Assembly: GCA_965279375.1 (NCBI GenBank)
Contig: OZ257156.1
Location: forward strand, 736,001-800,000
DNA: 64,000 bases
DNA from: Gemmatimonas sp.
GTDB lineage: Bacteria > Gemmatimonadota > Gemmatimonadetes > Gemmatimonadales > Gemmatimonadaceae
Direction of reading: 5' to 3'
The notes beneath the pieces are model-generated. The model had not been told where the DNA came from. It searched no databases and worked only from the letters and a program-made list of their open reading frames with translations. Both the position numbers and the translations under genes were made by a program. Below, in pieces: positions 28,868-39,014 of this stretch; the first letter of the stretch is position 1, and every line of letters starts with the position of its first letter.

Positions 28868-31800
28868 CTAGGAGATGGACTTCACGCCCTTCGCGGGCGG
28901 AATGAAGATCGGCGGGAGCCCGAGTTCCTGCAGGAGCGCGTTCAACGCCTTGAGTTCCTTCGCCTCGAGTTGCTGCAACCGCTGCAGCTGTACATCGATC
29001 TTCCCGCCGAGATCGTCGAGGATTTCGCCATGCTGCTTGGTCGGTGCCGTTTCCTGCCCCAGCACCTGCGAGTTGAGCGAGAGCATCATGTTGTACAGCT
29101 TGATCGGGAAGTGCAGCGTGGCCTGATCGTCGTGATTGAACCAGTCCACCAGCTCCGTGCGCACGACCTCGAGCTGCTCACGCACCGGCTTGGACGCGTC
29201 CTTCACGCGCTTGGCATACGTCTGCTCCGACGACTGATCCACGCGCACGTCGATCTGCTTCTGCAAATCTTCGATGCGATCGAACGCGTCGACGATGCTG
29301 TTGAGCCGCCCCTGCACCTTCATGCCCAGATCGAACGTCTGCTGCAGGTCAGCCGTGGTGGCATCGAGACGCGGATCGAGCTTGACAGTGAACGAACGCG
29401 TGAGCGTGTCCTTCCCCACGATCAACCGCACGCGATAGTCGCCCGGCACCGCCGATGGCCCGTTGAGCGTGCCCATGTCGTTGACGACGGTCTTGATCGG
29501 GCGCGCGTCCACGTAGCGCAGATTCCACCAGAAGCGATTGCTTCCCGCACGCGTCTGCACGATGGAATCCGACGCGAAGTACGCGAGCGAATCCACCGCC
29601 GCACGCGGCATCGTCGGCGGATTGGTCGTGGTGTCCGGCGCCGGCGCCATCTTGGCCTTGAAGCTCCGCACCACTGTGCCGCGCGGATCGAGGAACTGCA
29701 TCGTCACCGCTTCCTTCGGCACTTCCTTGAACCAGTAGTCCACCAGCACACCATCGTACGGATTCTCGCCCGCGTTGCCGCCACGCCCACCGCGGCCACC
29801 GGCAAAGCGATAGGCGATGGACGGCTGGAACAGGTGCACCTTCTTGGCGGTCACCGAATCGTGCATCTGCCGCAACGATGCGATGTCATCCAGCGCCCAG
29901 AACGCACGACCGTGCGTGGCCACCACGATGTCGTTCCCCTGCACGCGCAGATCGCGCACGCTGGCCCGCGGCAGATTCAGCTGCAACGTCTCCCACTTGG
30001 CGCCGTCGTCGAACGACACGTAGACACCGGTTTCCGTCGCCGCGAACAGCAGTCCGCGACGCACGACATCCTCACGGATCGAGCGCGCGTACGCACCCAT
30101 CGGGATGCCGGCGTCGATGCGCGTCCACGTCGCGCCGTAGTCAGTGGTCTTGTAGAAGTACGGCTTGAAATCATCCAGCTGGTACCGCGTCGCCGACATG
30201 TATGCGACGCCCGGGTCATAGCGCGACGCTTCGATGCCCGTGATGCGCGTGTGCTTGGCCATCGCCTTGGGCGTCACGTCGGTCCACGTCTTGCCGCCAT
30301 CCTTCGTCAGGTGCACGCGCCCATCATCCGACCCAGTCCAGATCTGTCCCTTGTTCGTCGGGGACTCGGCCAGCGAGTAAATCGTCGCATACCACTCGGT
30401 GCCGGTCATGTCCTTGTGCACCGGACCACCACTCGGCCCCATCGTCGCGGGATCGGCGTACGTGAGATCGGGGGAGATCTTCTCCCAGCTGCGTCCTTCG
30501 TTGGTCGACTTCCAGAGATGCTGCGACGCGGCGTACAGAATCGTCGGGTCGTGCGGTGAGAGCATCACCGGGAACGTCCATTGGAACCGATTCGGCACGT
30601 CCTTCACCGCAATGCCGTCGTAGTTGTTGAGCCACACGGCGATGTCGTTCGACTGCTGCGTGCGGTTATCGTGGCGCGCCAACATGCCCGTGTAGCAACC
30701 GCCGTACGTGATGGCCGGATTTCGCGGGTCCACCGCGATGTGCGCGTTCTCGCAGCCAGCGACCGGCCACCAGTCGCGCGTGCCAATCGATCCGAAGTCG
30801 GAGCGCGACGCAATGGAAACGGTGCTGTTGTCCTGCTGCGCACCGTAGATGCGGTACGGCCACTGATTGTCGGTGATGACGTGGTAGAACTGCGCCGTCG
30901 GCTGATTGTCGATCGAGCTCCAGCTCTTGCCGCCATCCAGTGAGACCGTGGCACCGCCATCGTTGCCGTTGATCAACCGATCGGAGTTCTTGGGATCCAC
31001 CCACATGATGTGCGTATCGCCGTGCGGCACGCGCGCGCGCTGGAACGTGCGACCACCATCGATCGACTTCCACACCTGCAGGTTCATCACCCAGAGCGTG
31101 TTCTCATTGCTGGGGTCAGCGGTGACCGCCGAGTAGTACCACGGCCTAACCTGGAACTGCTGCTGGCCGTTGGTGCGCGACCAGGTGGCGCCCGCGTCGT
31201 CCGAGCGGAAGATGCCACCCAGCGTGTCCTTCGCTTCAATCGACGCGTAGATGCGGCGCGGATTGGCCGGCGACACTGCGACACCGATCTTGCCGATCGG
31301 CGCCTTGGGCATGCCGGGGTTCATCGTCAGCTCGGTCCACGTGTCGCCGGCATCGGTGGACTTCCACAAGCCGCTACGGCCGCCGCCCGCTTCCATGCCC
31401 CACGGCGAGCGCTGGAACTTCCACATCGACGCGTAGATGATGCGCGGGTTGGACGGGTCGATGGAGATGTCGTTGCCGCCCGTGGAGTCGTTGATGAAGA
31501 GCACCTTCTTCCACGACTTGCCGCCGTCCATCGTGCGGAAGACGCCACGCTCTGGATTGGGGCCGAACGCATGCCCGATCGCCGACACATACGCGACGTC
31601 CGGATTGTTGGGGTGCACGCGAATGGACGTGACCTGATGCGTTTCAGTGAGACCGAGATGCTGCCACGTCTGGCCGGCATCGGTGCTACGATAGACGCCG
31701 GTACCGTACGTGAGATCCTCGCGCAGCTGCGACTCACCGGCGCCCACATAGATCACGTTGGGATCCGATGGGGCCACCGTGATCGCGCCCACCGATGAGA

Positions 31801-32179
31801 TATCGGTCTTGCCGTCGGTGATGTTCTCCCAGCTCATGCCAGCATTGGCGGTCTTCCACACGCCACCGTTCACGGCGCCCATGTAGAACACGAGCGGCTT
31901 GGTGGGATCGCCCGCCACCGCATCAACGCGTCCGCCACGAAACGGACCGACCAGACGCCAGCGCAGCGCCTTGAAGTTGCGGTTGGTCGCTGAAGGATCG
32001 GAGTACAACGCTGGATTGTACGCCGGCACCGTTGTCGCTGGCGCACCGGCACTCGGACGCGCAGCCCGCTGCGCATGCAGCACAGCGTTAGGAGCGAACA
32101 CTCCCAGCAACAGCGCCGCCAACGGCGCACCGGAACGCATGACAGACACAGGCACGACAGATCGCTTTGTGGATCGCAT
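28868..32179 (-). CDS. VPS10/sortilin-like BNR-repeat protein
   Basis: WRLVGPFRGGR, Asp-boxes, GAQQDNS, RFQWTFP, THGRAFWALDD. Confidence 0.9.
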   Translation of the reverse strand: MRSTKRSVVPVSVMRSGAPLAALLLGVFAPNAVLHAQRAARPSAGAPATTVPAYNPALYSDPSATNRNFKALRWRLVGPFRGGRVDAVAGDPTKPLVFYMGAVNGGVWKTANAGMSWENITDGKTDISSVGAITVAPSDPNVIYVGAGESQLREDLTYGTGVYRSTDAGQTWQHLGLTETHQVTSIRVHPNNPDVAYVSAIGHAFGPNPERGVFRTMDGGKSWKKVLFINDSTGGNDISIDPSNPRIIYASMWKFQRSPWGMEAGGGRSGLWKSTDAGDTWTELTMNPGMPKAPIGKIGVAVSPANPRRIYASIEAKDTLGGIFRSDDAGATWSRTNGQQQFQVRPWYYSAVTADPSNENTLWVMNLQVWKSIDGGRTFQRARVPHGDTHIMWVDPKNSDRLINGNDGGATVSLDGGKSWSSIDNQPTAQFYHVITDNQWPYRIYGAQQDNSTVSIASRSDFGSIGTRDWWPVAGCENAHIAVDPRNPAITYGGCYTGMLARHDNRTQQSNDIAVWLNNYDGIAVKDVPNRFQWTFPVMLSPHDPTILYAASQHLWKSTNEGRSWEKISPDLTYADPATMGPSGGPVHKDMTGTEWYATIYSLAESPTNKGQIWTGSDDGRVHLTKDGGKTWTDVTPKAMAKHTRITGIEASRYDPGVAYMSATRYQLDDFKPYFYKTTDYGATWTRIDAGIPMGAYARSIREDVVRRGLLFAATETGVYVSFDDGAKWETLQLNLPRASVRDLRVQGNDIVVATHGRAFWALDDIASLRQMHDSVTAKKVHLFQPSIAYRFAGGRGGRGGNAGENPYDGVLVDYWFKEVPKEAVTMQFLDPRGTVVRSFKAKMAPAPDTTTNPPTMPRAAVDSLAYFASDSIVQTRAGSNRFWWNLRYVDARPIKTVVNDMGTLNGPSAVPGDYRVRLIVGKDTLTRSFTVKLDPRLDATTADLQQTFDLGMKVQGRLNSIVDAFDRIEDLQKQIDVRVDQSSEQTYAKRVKDASKPVREQLEVVRTELVDWFNHDDQATLHFPIKLYNMMLSLNSQVLGQETAPTKQHGEILDDLGGKIDVQLQRLQQLEAKELKALNALLQELGLPPIFIPPAKGVKSIS

Positions 32180-32183
32180 CACT

Positions 32184-34355
32184 TCACTTCCCCGGATGAT
32201 AGGAACGCTCGACATGCTGCTCCACGTCGGCACGGTAGAACCACACGTCCTTGAACTGACTCTTGGCATAGATCTCCGCCTGATCGGTGAAGTGCTTCGA
32301 CGACGGATCGCCGCTCACGCCACCGGCCAGCAGGCTCTTGGCCTTGATGCGCGGACCGAACTCCACCACGGCGATGAAGCTGTTGCCGCTTTCGCCGTAC
32401 ATGCGCTTCGTATTGCGGTACACGGCGCCAAATGACGCGAGCGAGCCCCACGTCGCCGACGGGAACGGCACCGCGATGCTCGGCTTGTTGTCGTCGTACT
32501 TGAGCGTGATGTCGCTCGACAAGCGCTGGAAGCGGTTGATCTCGCCCCACGGCGTCTTCCACGAGCCAAAGTCCGCCGTCAGCTTCTGCGAGGCACGCGC
32601 CAGTGCGGACAACCGCTCGGCGGGCGTGGACTGCGTCGCGATGTACTCATCCACTGGCAGCCCCTTCGCACGCGCGAGCCCGCCAGAGCGGCCGAAAATG
32701 TCCATCGCCCAGTAGATCGCGAGCGACGTTGGCACCGACGTCAGCGAATAACGCTGATCCCAGGCGCGCAACACGGCAATCTGCTCCGCCAACTGCTTCT
32801 TGAGGGTGTCGGTGTCTGCGGCACCGTCGTACGCGCGCAGCAGCGCCGGCAGCGTGGCATCGAAGCCGGTGAGATACGTGTCGTTCGCCGCGGCGATCAG
32901 CCCGTCGAGCGTGAAATCCTTCTTGTTCTGCAGTACACGGACCGCGTGCGGACCGCGCGCATTCTCGCCCTGCGCCGACATGTACTTGGGATAGTCCTGC
33001 TTGCGCGGGCTGCTGGTGCCCGCCGCTTCCCACGGCCAGTTGTTGGTGTTGAACAGCCAGCCGCTATTCGGATTGAAGAGCGTGATCGTTTCCTTCACGT
33101 TGTGCAACCCCTGCCACTCAGTGCGCGGATCGCTGCCATCCACCGGCTTGCTGAAGTCGATGGTGGTGTCGCGCTTGGGAAGGAAGTTGCCGTGGAAGTA
33201 CGCGATGTTGCCGTCGCCGTCCGCGTAGATCGTGTTGTTCGACGAGTTCGTACGCAGCTCCATCGCCTTATAGAACTCGGCGTAGTTGCGCGCCTTCGTG
33301 CGCATGTATGACTGCGTCAACGCCTTGAGCGGCTCGTTCATCATCTTGACGGCAATCCACTGGCCGTCCGTTGCACGGATGATCGGACCATGATGGCTGA
33401 AGTAGGCAGTCACCACGCGCGTCGCCATCGTCGCACCGTTCTTGTACGGCAGAGTGATCTGCTTGGCGACAAACGGGCGCTCGCCGTTGCCGTACTTGTA
33501 GAAATACTTGCCGCCGCGCTCGATCACCGTCTCCTTGTACTCGTCGATGATGTCGCCGCCGCCAGTTGTGTGCATCCACCCCAGTCGATCGTTGAAGCCC
33601 TGGTAGACGAAGAACTGTCCCCAGGTGACTGCGCCGTACACGTTGAGTCCTTCCTCGCTCACCACGTTTACTTCCGGACGGAAGTAGAACGAGGTGTGCG
33701 GGTTGAGCAGCAGCAGCGAGTGGCCGCCCACGGTATTCTTTGGGCCGATCGCGATGCCGTTCGAGCCCTGCGGCTCTGGCTCGAGACCGTTGTCGTCACG
33801 CGGGGCAGGCGGCAGCACCTTCTTGCCGTAGAACTCCTCAATGCCGCGCAGCTGCACGGTGGAGATGTCGCCGCCGATGCTCCCTTCGCTGAACGTGAGC
33901 GCCATCCACGGCTCGAAGCGCGTGAGCAGCTTGGGCTTCACGTTCGGATGCGTGGCCAGATAGTAGTTGAGCCCGTCCGCCCAGGCGTTCATCAGTTGCT
34001 TGAGCCACAACGGGCTCGCCGCATACTGCTTCTTCATGTCCGCCGGATCGATGAAGAGCTTCATGCGCAAGTCGCGCCACAGCTCCGATTCGCCCTCCAC
34101 TTCCGCGAGACGCCCGCTCGCGTTGATGAAGTTCATCTCGATGCGATTGAAGTCATCTTCGGCCTGCGCGTACAACATGCCGAAGATCGCATCGGCGTCC
34201 GTCTTTCCGTACACGTGCGGTACGCCCCACGTGTCCCGAATGATGGTGACGCGCTCGGCCTGCGCTTTCCAGCGCGAGAGATCGTCTGCATATCCCGCGC
34301 GCGGGGTCAGCAAAGTGCAGAGCGACAGGGCAACGGCAACGACGTGGCGTTTCAT
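32184..34355 (-). CDS. Penicillin acylase family (Ntn) amidase
   Basis: IRDTWGVPHVYG, YAQAED, G/SNGIAIGP nucleophile Ser, LLNPH; signal peptide. Confidence 0.92.
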   Translation of the reverse strand: MKRHVVAVALSLCTLLTPRAGYADDLSRWKAQAERVTIIRDTWGVPHVYGKTDADAIFGMLYAQAEDDFNRIEMNFINASGRLAEVEGESELWRDLRMKLFIDPADMKKQYAASPLWLKQLMNAWADGLNYYLATHPNVKPKLLTRFEPWMALTFSEGSIGGDISTVQLRGIEEFYGKKVLPPAPRDDNGLEPEPQGSNGIAIGPKNTVGGHSLLLLNPHTSFYFRPEVNVVSEEGLNVYGAVTWGQFFVYQGFNDRLGWMHTTGGGDIIDEYKETVIERGGKYFYKYGNGERPFVAKQITLPYKNGATMATRVVTAYFSHHGPIIRATDGQWIAVKMMNEPLKALTQSYMRTKARNYAEFYKAMELRTNSSNNTIYADGDGNIAYFHGNFLPKRDTTIDFSKPVDGSDPRTEWQGLHNVKETITLFNPNSGWLFNTNNWPWEAAGTSSPRKQDYPKYMSAQGENARGPHAVRVLQNKKDFTLDGLIAAANDTYLTGFDATLPALLRAYDGAADTDTLKKQLAEQIAVLRAWDQRYSLTSVPTSLAIYWAMDIFGRSGGLARAKGLPVDEYIATQSTPAERLSALARASQKLTADFGSWKTPWGEINRFQRLSSDITLKYDDNKPSIAVPFPSATWGSLASFGAVYRNTKRMYGESGNSFIAVVEFGPRIKAKSLLAGGVSGDPSSKHFTDQAEIYAKSQFKDVWFYRADVEQHVERSYHPGK

Positions 34356-34504
34356 GCGGGCACGCGGAAGAGAGTGGAGGGGGCTGCTGGGTTGAAGATG
34401 CGACCCCAGCGCTCCCGCGCAATGCACTTTGTGCTAGCGTTCAGTGGCGTACGCGCTCAGTCGCGGCAGGCTCACCTTCTCGGATGCACATTCGGATGCA
34501 CAAC

Positions 34505-35440
34505 ATGCGGATTCTTGTGGTCGGCGCGGGCGGTGTGGGTGGCTATTTCGGCGGTCGCCTGCTGCAGGTGGGCCGAGACGTCACCTTCCTCGTGCGTCCG
34601 GCGCGCGCTGCGATGCTGGCCAAGTCCGGGCTGGTCATCCAAAGCCCGCACGGCGATCTCACCATCCCTGCGCTCCCCACGGTCACCGCCGACGCCATCC
34701 AGTCGCACTACGACGTCATCCTGCTGAGCTGCAAGGCCTACGACCTCGAGAGCGCGATGGACGCCATCGCACCGGCCATGGGGCCCGAGACGGTCATTCT
34801 GCCCATGCTCAACGGCATGCGACACCTCGACCGCCTCGACGAGCGCTTCGGCGCCGAGCGCGTGTTGGGCGGCGAGGCCAAGATCTCCGCCGTGCTCGAC
34901 GACGAAGGACGCGTGATTCATCTCAACCGCATTCACCGCATCGCCTTCGGTGAGCGGAGCGGCGAGCGCACCGAGCGCGTCGTCGCCATCGAGGCTGCCT
35001 GCGCCAATGCCGGCTTCGACGCGGTGCTCACCACCACGATCCTGCAGGAGATGTGGGAGAAGTGGGCCTTCATCGCGACCGGTGCCGGCGCGACCTGTCT
35101 CCTCCGGTCGACCATCGGCGACATCGTCTCCGCCGGTGCGGAAGACATCGTCTTGGCGCTCGACCACGAGTGCGCCACGATTGCCGCCGAAAACGGCTAC
35201 CCGCCGAGCGAGCAGGCGCGGAACTGGACCCGCACCGCCTTCACGACCCCGGGGTCCAGTCTGACGGCTTCCATGTTCCGCGACATCGAGGCGCGCGGCC
35301 GCATCGAGGGCGAACAGATCATCAGCGATCTCCTCGCCCGCGGAAAGAGCGACGCCAGCGCCTACCCGATGCTGCGCGTCACGCAGGCACATCTGCGCAC
35401 CTACGAGGCGCGTCGAACGCGGGAATCGACCGCCAGCTAA
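34505..35440 (+). CDS. panE: 2-dehydropantoate 2-reductase
   Basis: MRILVVGAGGVGGYFGG, CKAYDL, LNG, WEKW, SMFRD..GRIE. Confidence 0.88.
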   Translation: MRILVVGAGGVGGYFGGRLLQVGRDVTFLVRPARAAMLAKSGLVIQSPHGDLTIPALPTVTADAIQSHYDVILLSCKAYDLESAMDAIAPAMGPETVILPMLNGMRHLDRLDERFGAERVLGGEAKISAVLDDEGRVIHLNRIHRIAFGERSGERTERVVAIEAACANAGFDAVLTTTILQEMWEKWAFIATGAGATCLLRSTIGDIVSAGAEDIVLALDHECATIAAENGYPPSEQARNWTRTAFTTPGSSLTASMFRDIEARGRIEGEQIISDLLARGKSDASAYPMLRVTQAHLRTYEARRTRESTAS

Positions 35441-35535
35441 CCAGCGGGCGTCACCGAAAGCCCGCCAATCGTCACTCTGGCGGCACGGAACGCCGGATGT
35501 CCCTATGGCGTTCTCACAAATGCGCTGGGACGAGA

Positions 35536-35562
35536 CAAGTATTCCTCGGGACGCGCCGATAC
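35536..35562 (+). promoter_or_regulatory. Putative sigma28 (FliA) promoter
   Basis: CAAG-N15-GCCGATAC immediately before the HDOD gene. Confidence 0.55.
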
Positions 35563-35571
35563 TCAGCAGTC

Positions 35572-37482
35572 ATGCCGAGTACCGACAGCGCTCCGGCGCT
35601 TGAGCACGACCGACGCGACGACGCGACCGGCGAGGCGATTTCGCCCGTGCAGGTCCGGCTCGCGCGCATCCTCGAGGGGCGTGACTTTCCTGCCCTTTCG
35701 CAGCAGATCATCGAGACGATCTCCGCGCTCGATGACGATGCCAGTTCGCTGCAGCGGCTCACCAATGTCGTACTGCGTGAATACAGCCTCACGCTGAGCG
35801 TCGTTCGCACGGCCAACAGCGCTCACTATCGGCGCGCCGACCGCCAGATCCAGAGCGCCACGCGCGCCATGCTGCTCCTCGGCGCACGCACCGTTCGTCA
35901 GCTGGCCAGCAGCCTGCTGCTCTTCGAGAACTACGCGCGACGGTCGGCGGGACTGAAGGAGCTGATGCTGCTCTCGCTGCTCACCGCGAATCATGCGCGC
36001 GAGATTGCCACCAAGCTGGGTCGTGGCGATCCGGAAGAGGCGCATCTCTGTGGCATGTTCCGCAACCTGGGCGAAGTGCTGATCGCGTGTCATTTCTCCG
36101 ATGACTACGCGAAGATTCACGGCCTGGTGCGCAACAAGCAGCAATCCGAAGGGAACGCCTGCTTCGAGGTGCTTGGCTTCCGCTACGAAGAGCTGGGCGA
36201 GGCGATGTGCACGTACTGGGGGATGCCCGACAGCGTGAAGCAGGGGATGCGCGCGCGAGTGGGCTCGTTCCCCACCGAGTCGAGCGCCATCACATCCTTC
36301 GCGCACGACATCACCAACGCCATTTATCGTCGCGACCGCATCCGCACCGATGCCACCGGACGCGAGGCCGCCATTCGCGACACGCATCGTGATCTCAACG
36401 AGGTCATCGATCGGTATTCGTCGCGGCTCAAGTTGTCGCGCACACAGGTCCGCGAGGTTGTCGAGGCGGCGCTCGACGAAACGCGTGAGCTGTTCGTGAA
36501 CGCCAAGGTTTCCGTGGACGGTTTGCGCATGCGTGAGCTCTCCGAGGCCGCGTGCACCGCGCTGGGCGTGCCGGAGCTTGGCAACCCTGAGTGGGATCAC
36601 GTGTTGCTCGACGACAGCGAACAGGCGGCAATCGCGCTGCGCGAGCGGATGCGCCTCGAGCTCGAGAGCAAGGTCGATCCTGCCTCGGAGTGCGACTTGG
36701 GGCAGATTCTGCTGCTCGCGCTCGAGGGGACATTGCGTGGTGGCCCGTTCGATCGCGTGGTGGCCTGCGTACTCAGCCCGGATCGCGCGAGACTGCGCGC
36801 GCGATCAGGTCTGGGCAATGGTGTGGAGTCGCTGCTGCAGCAGTTCGACGTCCCGATGACGCCAAACGGCGGCCCGCTGGCCGCGCTGCTGTTGCAACGC
36901 AAGGCCACGTACCTGCCGAGTGATCGCGCGCTCAACACGATTGAGCTGCAGTTCGCGTCGTCGCGCGGCATCGGTCAGTTCGGCGTCTTCCCGATCATCG
37001 TGGCCGGGCAGATCGTCGGCTGCATCTACGCCGATCGTGCCGTGCGCGAACCCCTGCCCGATCGCGAGACGCTGCAGTTCGTCGCATCGCTCAACGAGCT
37101 CATCGTGCGGGCGATCGAGGCGCGTCGGCAGGCGTCGTCTGACGCCACGCGTCGTGATACGGCACCGTCAACGGCCGCCGTGCGTACGCCGCCTTCGGTG
37201 CCTGCGGCCGGTGCCGCGCCGACTGCCGCGGCCAGCGCTCCCTCGACTGCGTCGACGAGTGCAGCGACAGGTGTAGCGGCATCCGGTACGACGGCATCCG
37301 GTACGACGGCGTCCGGCGCCAACGGACTCACGCCCGAGATGAAGGGATCGCTCGTGCTACGCCTGCTCGCGGGCGAGTCCACCGCGACCGTGGCCGCGTC
37401 GAGCGGCGTATCGGCGGTCATGCTCGAGCAGTGGCGTGCCGATTTCCTCGCGGGCGCCATCGCGAGACTCGGCGAACGATGA
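35572..37482 (+). CDS. HDOD + GAF-like domain protein with C-terminal HTH
   Basis: DFPALS..VVRTANSAHY..AMLLLG..EEAHLCGMFRNLG..WGMP; PIIVAGQIVGCIYAD; Ala/Thr linker; LVLRLLAGES..GVS..LEQWRADFL. Confidence 0.88.
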   Translation: MPSTDSAPALEHDRRDDATGEAISPVQVRLARILEGRDFPALSQQIIETISALDDDASSLQRLTNVVLREYSLTLSVVRTANSAHYRRADRQIQSATRAMLLLGARTVRQLASSLLLFENYARRSAGLKELMLLSLLTANHAREIATKLGRGDPEEAHLCGMFRNLGEVLIACHFSDDYAKIHGLVRNKQQSEGNACFEVLGFRYEELGEAMCTYWGMPDSVKQGMRARVGSFPTESSAITSFAHDITNAIYRRDRIRTDATGREAAIRDTHRDLNEVIDRYSSRLKLSRTQVREVVEAALDETRELFVNAKVSVDGLRMRELSEAACTALGVPELGNPEWDHVLLDDSEQAAIALRERMRLELESKVDPASECDLGQILLLALEGTLRGGPFDRVVACVLSPDRARLRARSGLGNGVESLLQQFDVPMTPNGGPLAALLLQRKATYLPSDRALNTIELQFASSRGIGQFGVFPIIVAGQIVGCIYADRAVREPLPDRETLQFVASLNELIVRAIEARRQASSDATRRDTAPSTAAVRTPPSVPAAGAAPTAAASAPSTASTSAATGVAASGTTASGTTASGANGLTPEMKGSLVLRLLAGESTATVAASSGVSAVMLEQWRADFLAGAIARLGER

Positions 37483-37528
37483 GCGGCGACATCACGGCCT
37501 TTTCGTCTCCGGCGCCCCGGGCTCTCCG

Positions 37529-38713
37529 TTAGCTGTCCTGGAATTGTCGCGCGCGGGCATACGCGCCACTTATGTCCTCCGCGAGCGTTGGATAGCTATC
37601 GACGCGCGCGCCCTCGGCGATCAACAACTCGATGGCCGGCAGGAGTTGGCGCCGCCGGAACTCATCATCCGTGACGTGGTGCGCAAACCAGACCGTACTG
37701 CTCAGCACCGTGCCGCCGTAGCTGTTGAGCGCTTCCAACGGCGCGCCGCGGTCGAGCAGCAGGCGCATGAGCGCGAGGTGCCCGCCGGCGCTCGCATTGT
37801 GCAACGCCGTCATGCCGTCAGACGCGGCCACGCTTACGCCAGCATTCAACAGGAACGAGACCACGTCGGTGTGTCCCTGCTGTGCCGCGACGATCAGCGC
37901 GCGTTCGCGCTTGGCCTCGCTCGCCTTCTGGAGCAACAGCTGTACCTTGGCCAGGTCGCCGATGCCCGCGGCCGCATAGAGCGTGCTCACACGCGCGCCG
38001 CGCTGCGCGAGCGCCACCGCCGCCTCGGGACATCCGTTGCTCAGGGCCGCGCTCACCAGATTCGGCAGGTCGTCCTCGCCGTCGATCTTCGCGCCGCGCG
38101 CCAACAGGAGATCAATCAGAGGGATCTGCACCCCTCGCGCGCGCGGGTGCGCACTGGTGGATACCAACCCTAACGTCGTGCTGCCGCCACCGTACGCGTC
38201 GCTCGTGGCATCCACCTCGGCGCCGCGATCGAGCAGCAGCGTCGCGATCTCCACGATGTTCGCCGGCGTGACCTGTCGGTAGTCCTCGATACCGTTCGCC
38301 GACACGTAGTGCAGCAGGGTGGAGTGGTGCGCTCGCGCCGAGCGCTCGCGAATGAGCGGTGGATGCGCGTCGAGCATCGACTGCAACTGCGAAAGCTCGC
38401 CCGCGACGATCGCATCGGCCGCCCGCTCGAAGCGTTGCACCGCAGGGTCGGCCTGCTCGAGTGCGCGCACGTGATCGAGCAATTGGGCCCAGCTCTCGAA
38501 GCAGTGCAGTCGCGCGATGACGAGTTGCGCGTCGGCAAGCAGGAACGTGCCGTGCGCGATCTGTTCGTCGGATTGCTGCCGAAATCGCGGATGATTCCAG
38601 CGAATGCGATCGAGCGCACGTCGATCGCCGGCGCGATGCGCCTTGACCAGCTCCTTCGCCAGCTTGCGCGACTGCTCGAGACTGACGCGCGGAAAGCTGC
38701 TCGCGTGAGACAT
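37529..38713 (-). CDS. Ankyrin-repeat protein with N-terminal helical domain
   Basis: SLEQSRKLAKEL..LADAQLVIARLHCFESW, then ankyrin repeats; AAAGGAGG RBS. Confidence 0.88.
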   Translation of the reverse strand: MSHASSFPRVSLEQSRKLAKELVKAHRAGDRRALDRIRWNHPRFRQQSDEQIAHGTFLLADAQLVIARLHCFESWAQLLDHVRALEQADPAVQRFERAADAIVAGELSQLQSMLDAHPPLIRERSARAHHSTLLHYVSANGIEDYRQVTPANIVEIATLLLDRGAEVDATSDAYGGGSTTLGLVSTSAHPRARGVQIPLIDLLLARGAKIDGEDDLPNLVSAALSNGCPEAAVALAQRGARVSTLYAAAGIGDLAKVQLLLQKASEAKRERALIVAAQQGHTDVVSFLLNAGVSVAASDGMTALHNASAGGHLALMRLLLDRGAPLEALNSYGGTVLSSTVWFAHHVTDDEFRRRQLLPAIELLIAEGARVDSYPTLAEDISGAYARARQFQDS

Positions 38714-38835
38714 CACTCCCTCCTTTCAGGGCGCCTGTGGTCCGCATTGCGCAGGCAGAAAGAAGGTTCGTGACGCGATCCTTCCAGGTGGGTGGGCTCG
38801 GCCCTTTCCGCGGACTGGTGGCGCCCCTCGCGCTC
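38714..38835 (-). ncRNA. Candidate structured cis-regulatory 5' leader RNA
   Basis: Nested stems GGGCGCC/GGCGCCC, GUCCGC/GCGGAC, GGGC/GCCC, GAAGG/CCUUC ending at the RBS; TAGCAT -10-like box at 38842-38847. Confidence 0.6.
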
Positions 38836-39014
38836 GTCGTAATGCTAGCACGGCACTCACGAACATCGCCAGCGGGACATGCGGCCGACCTTCGCCCGTG
38901 TCCCATCTCCCGCTGCTCGTGCCGTCGCGCATGGCATCGTATACTCCCGCAGCCCCGCCTCTATCGCCGTACCTGACGCCGACGGTTCATCGGCGCCACC
39001 TCCGCCGAGGTTCC

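Noticed and set aside
35053..35571. N-terminal extension of the HDOD ORF (also ORF-track extensions at 272, 1824, 23199, 47300)
   Set aside because: Overlap upstream genes out of frame; better starts exist downstream
37330..37482. IS3-like element
   Set aside because: Only an HTH-like tail fused to the HDOD protein; no DDE domain or terminal repeats seen
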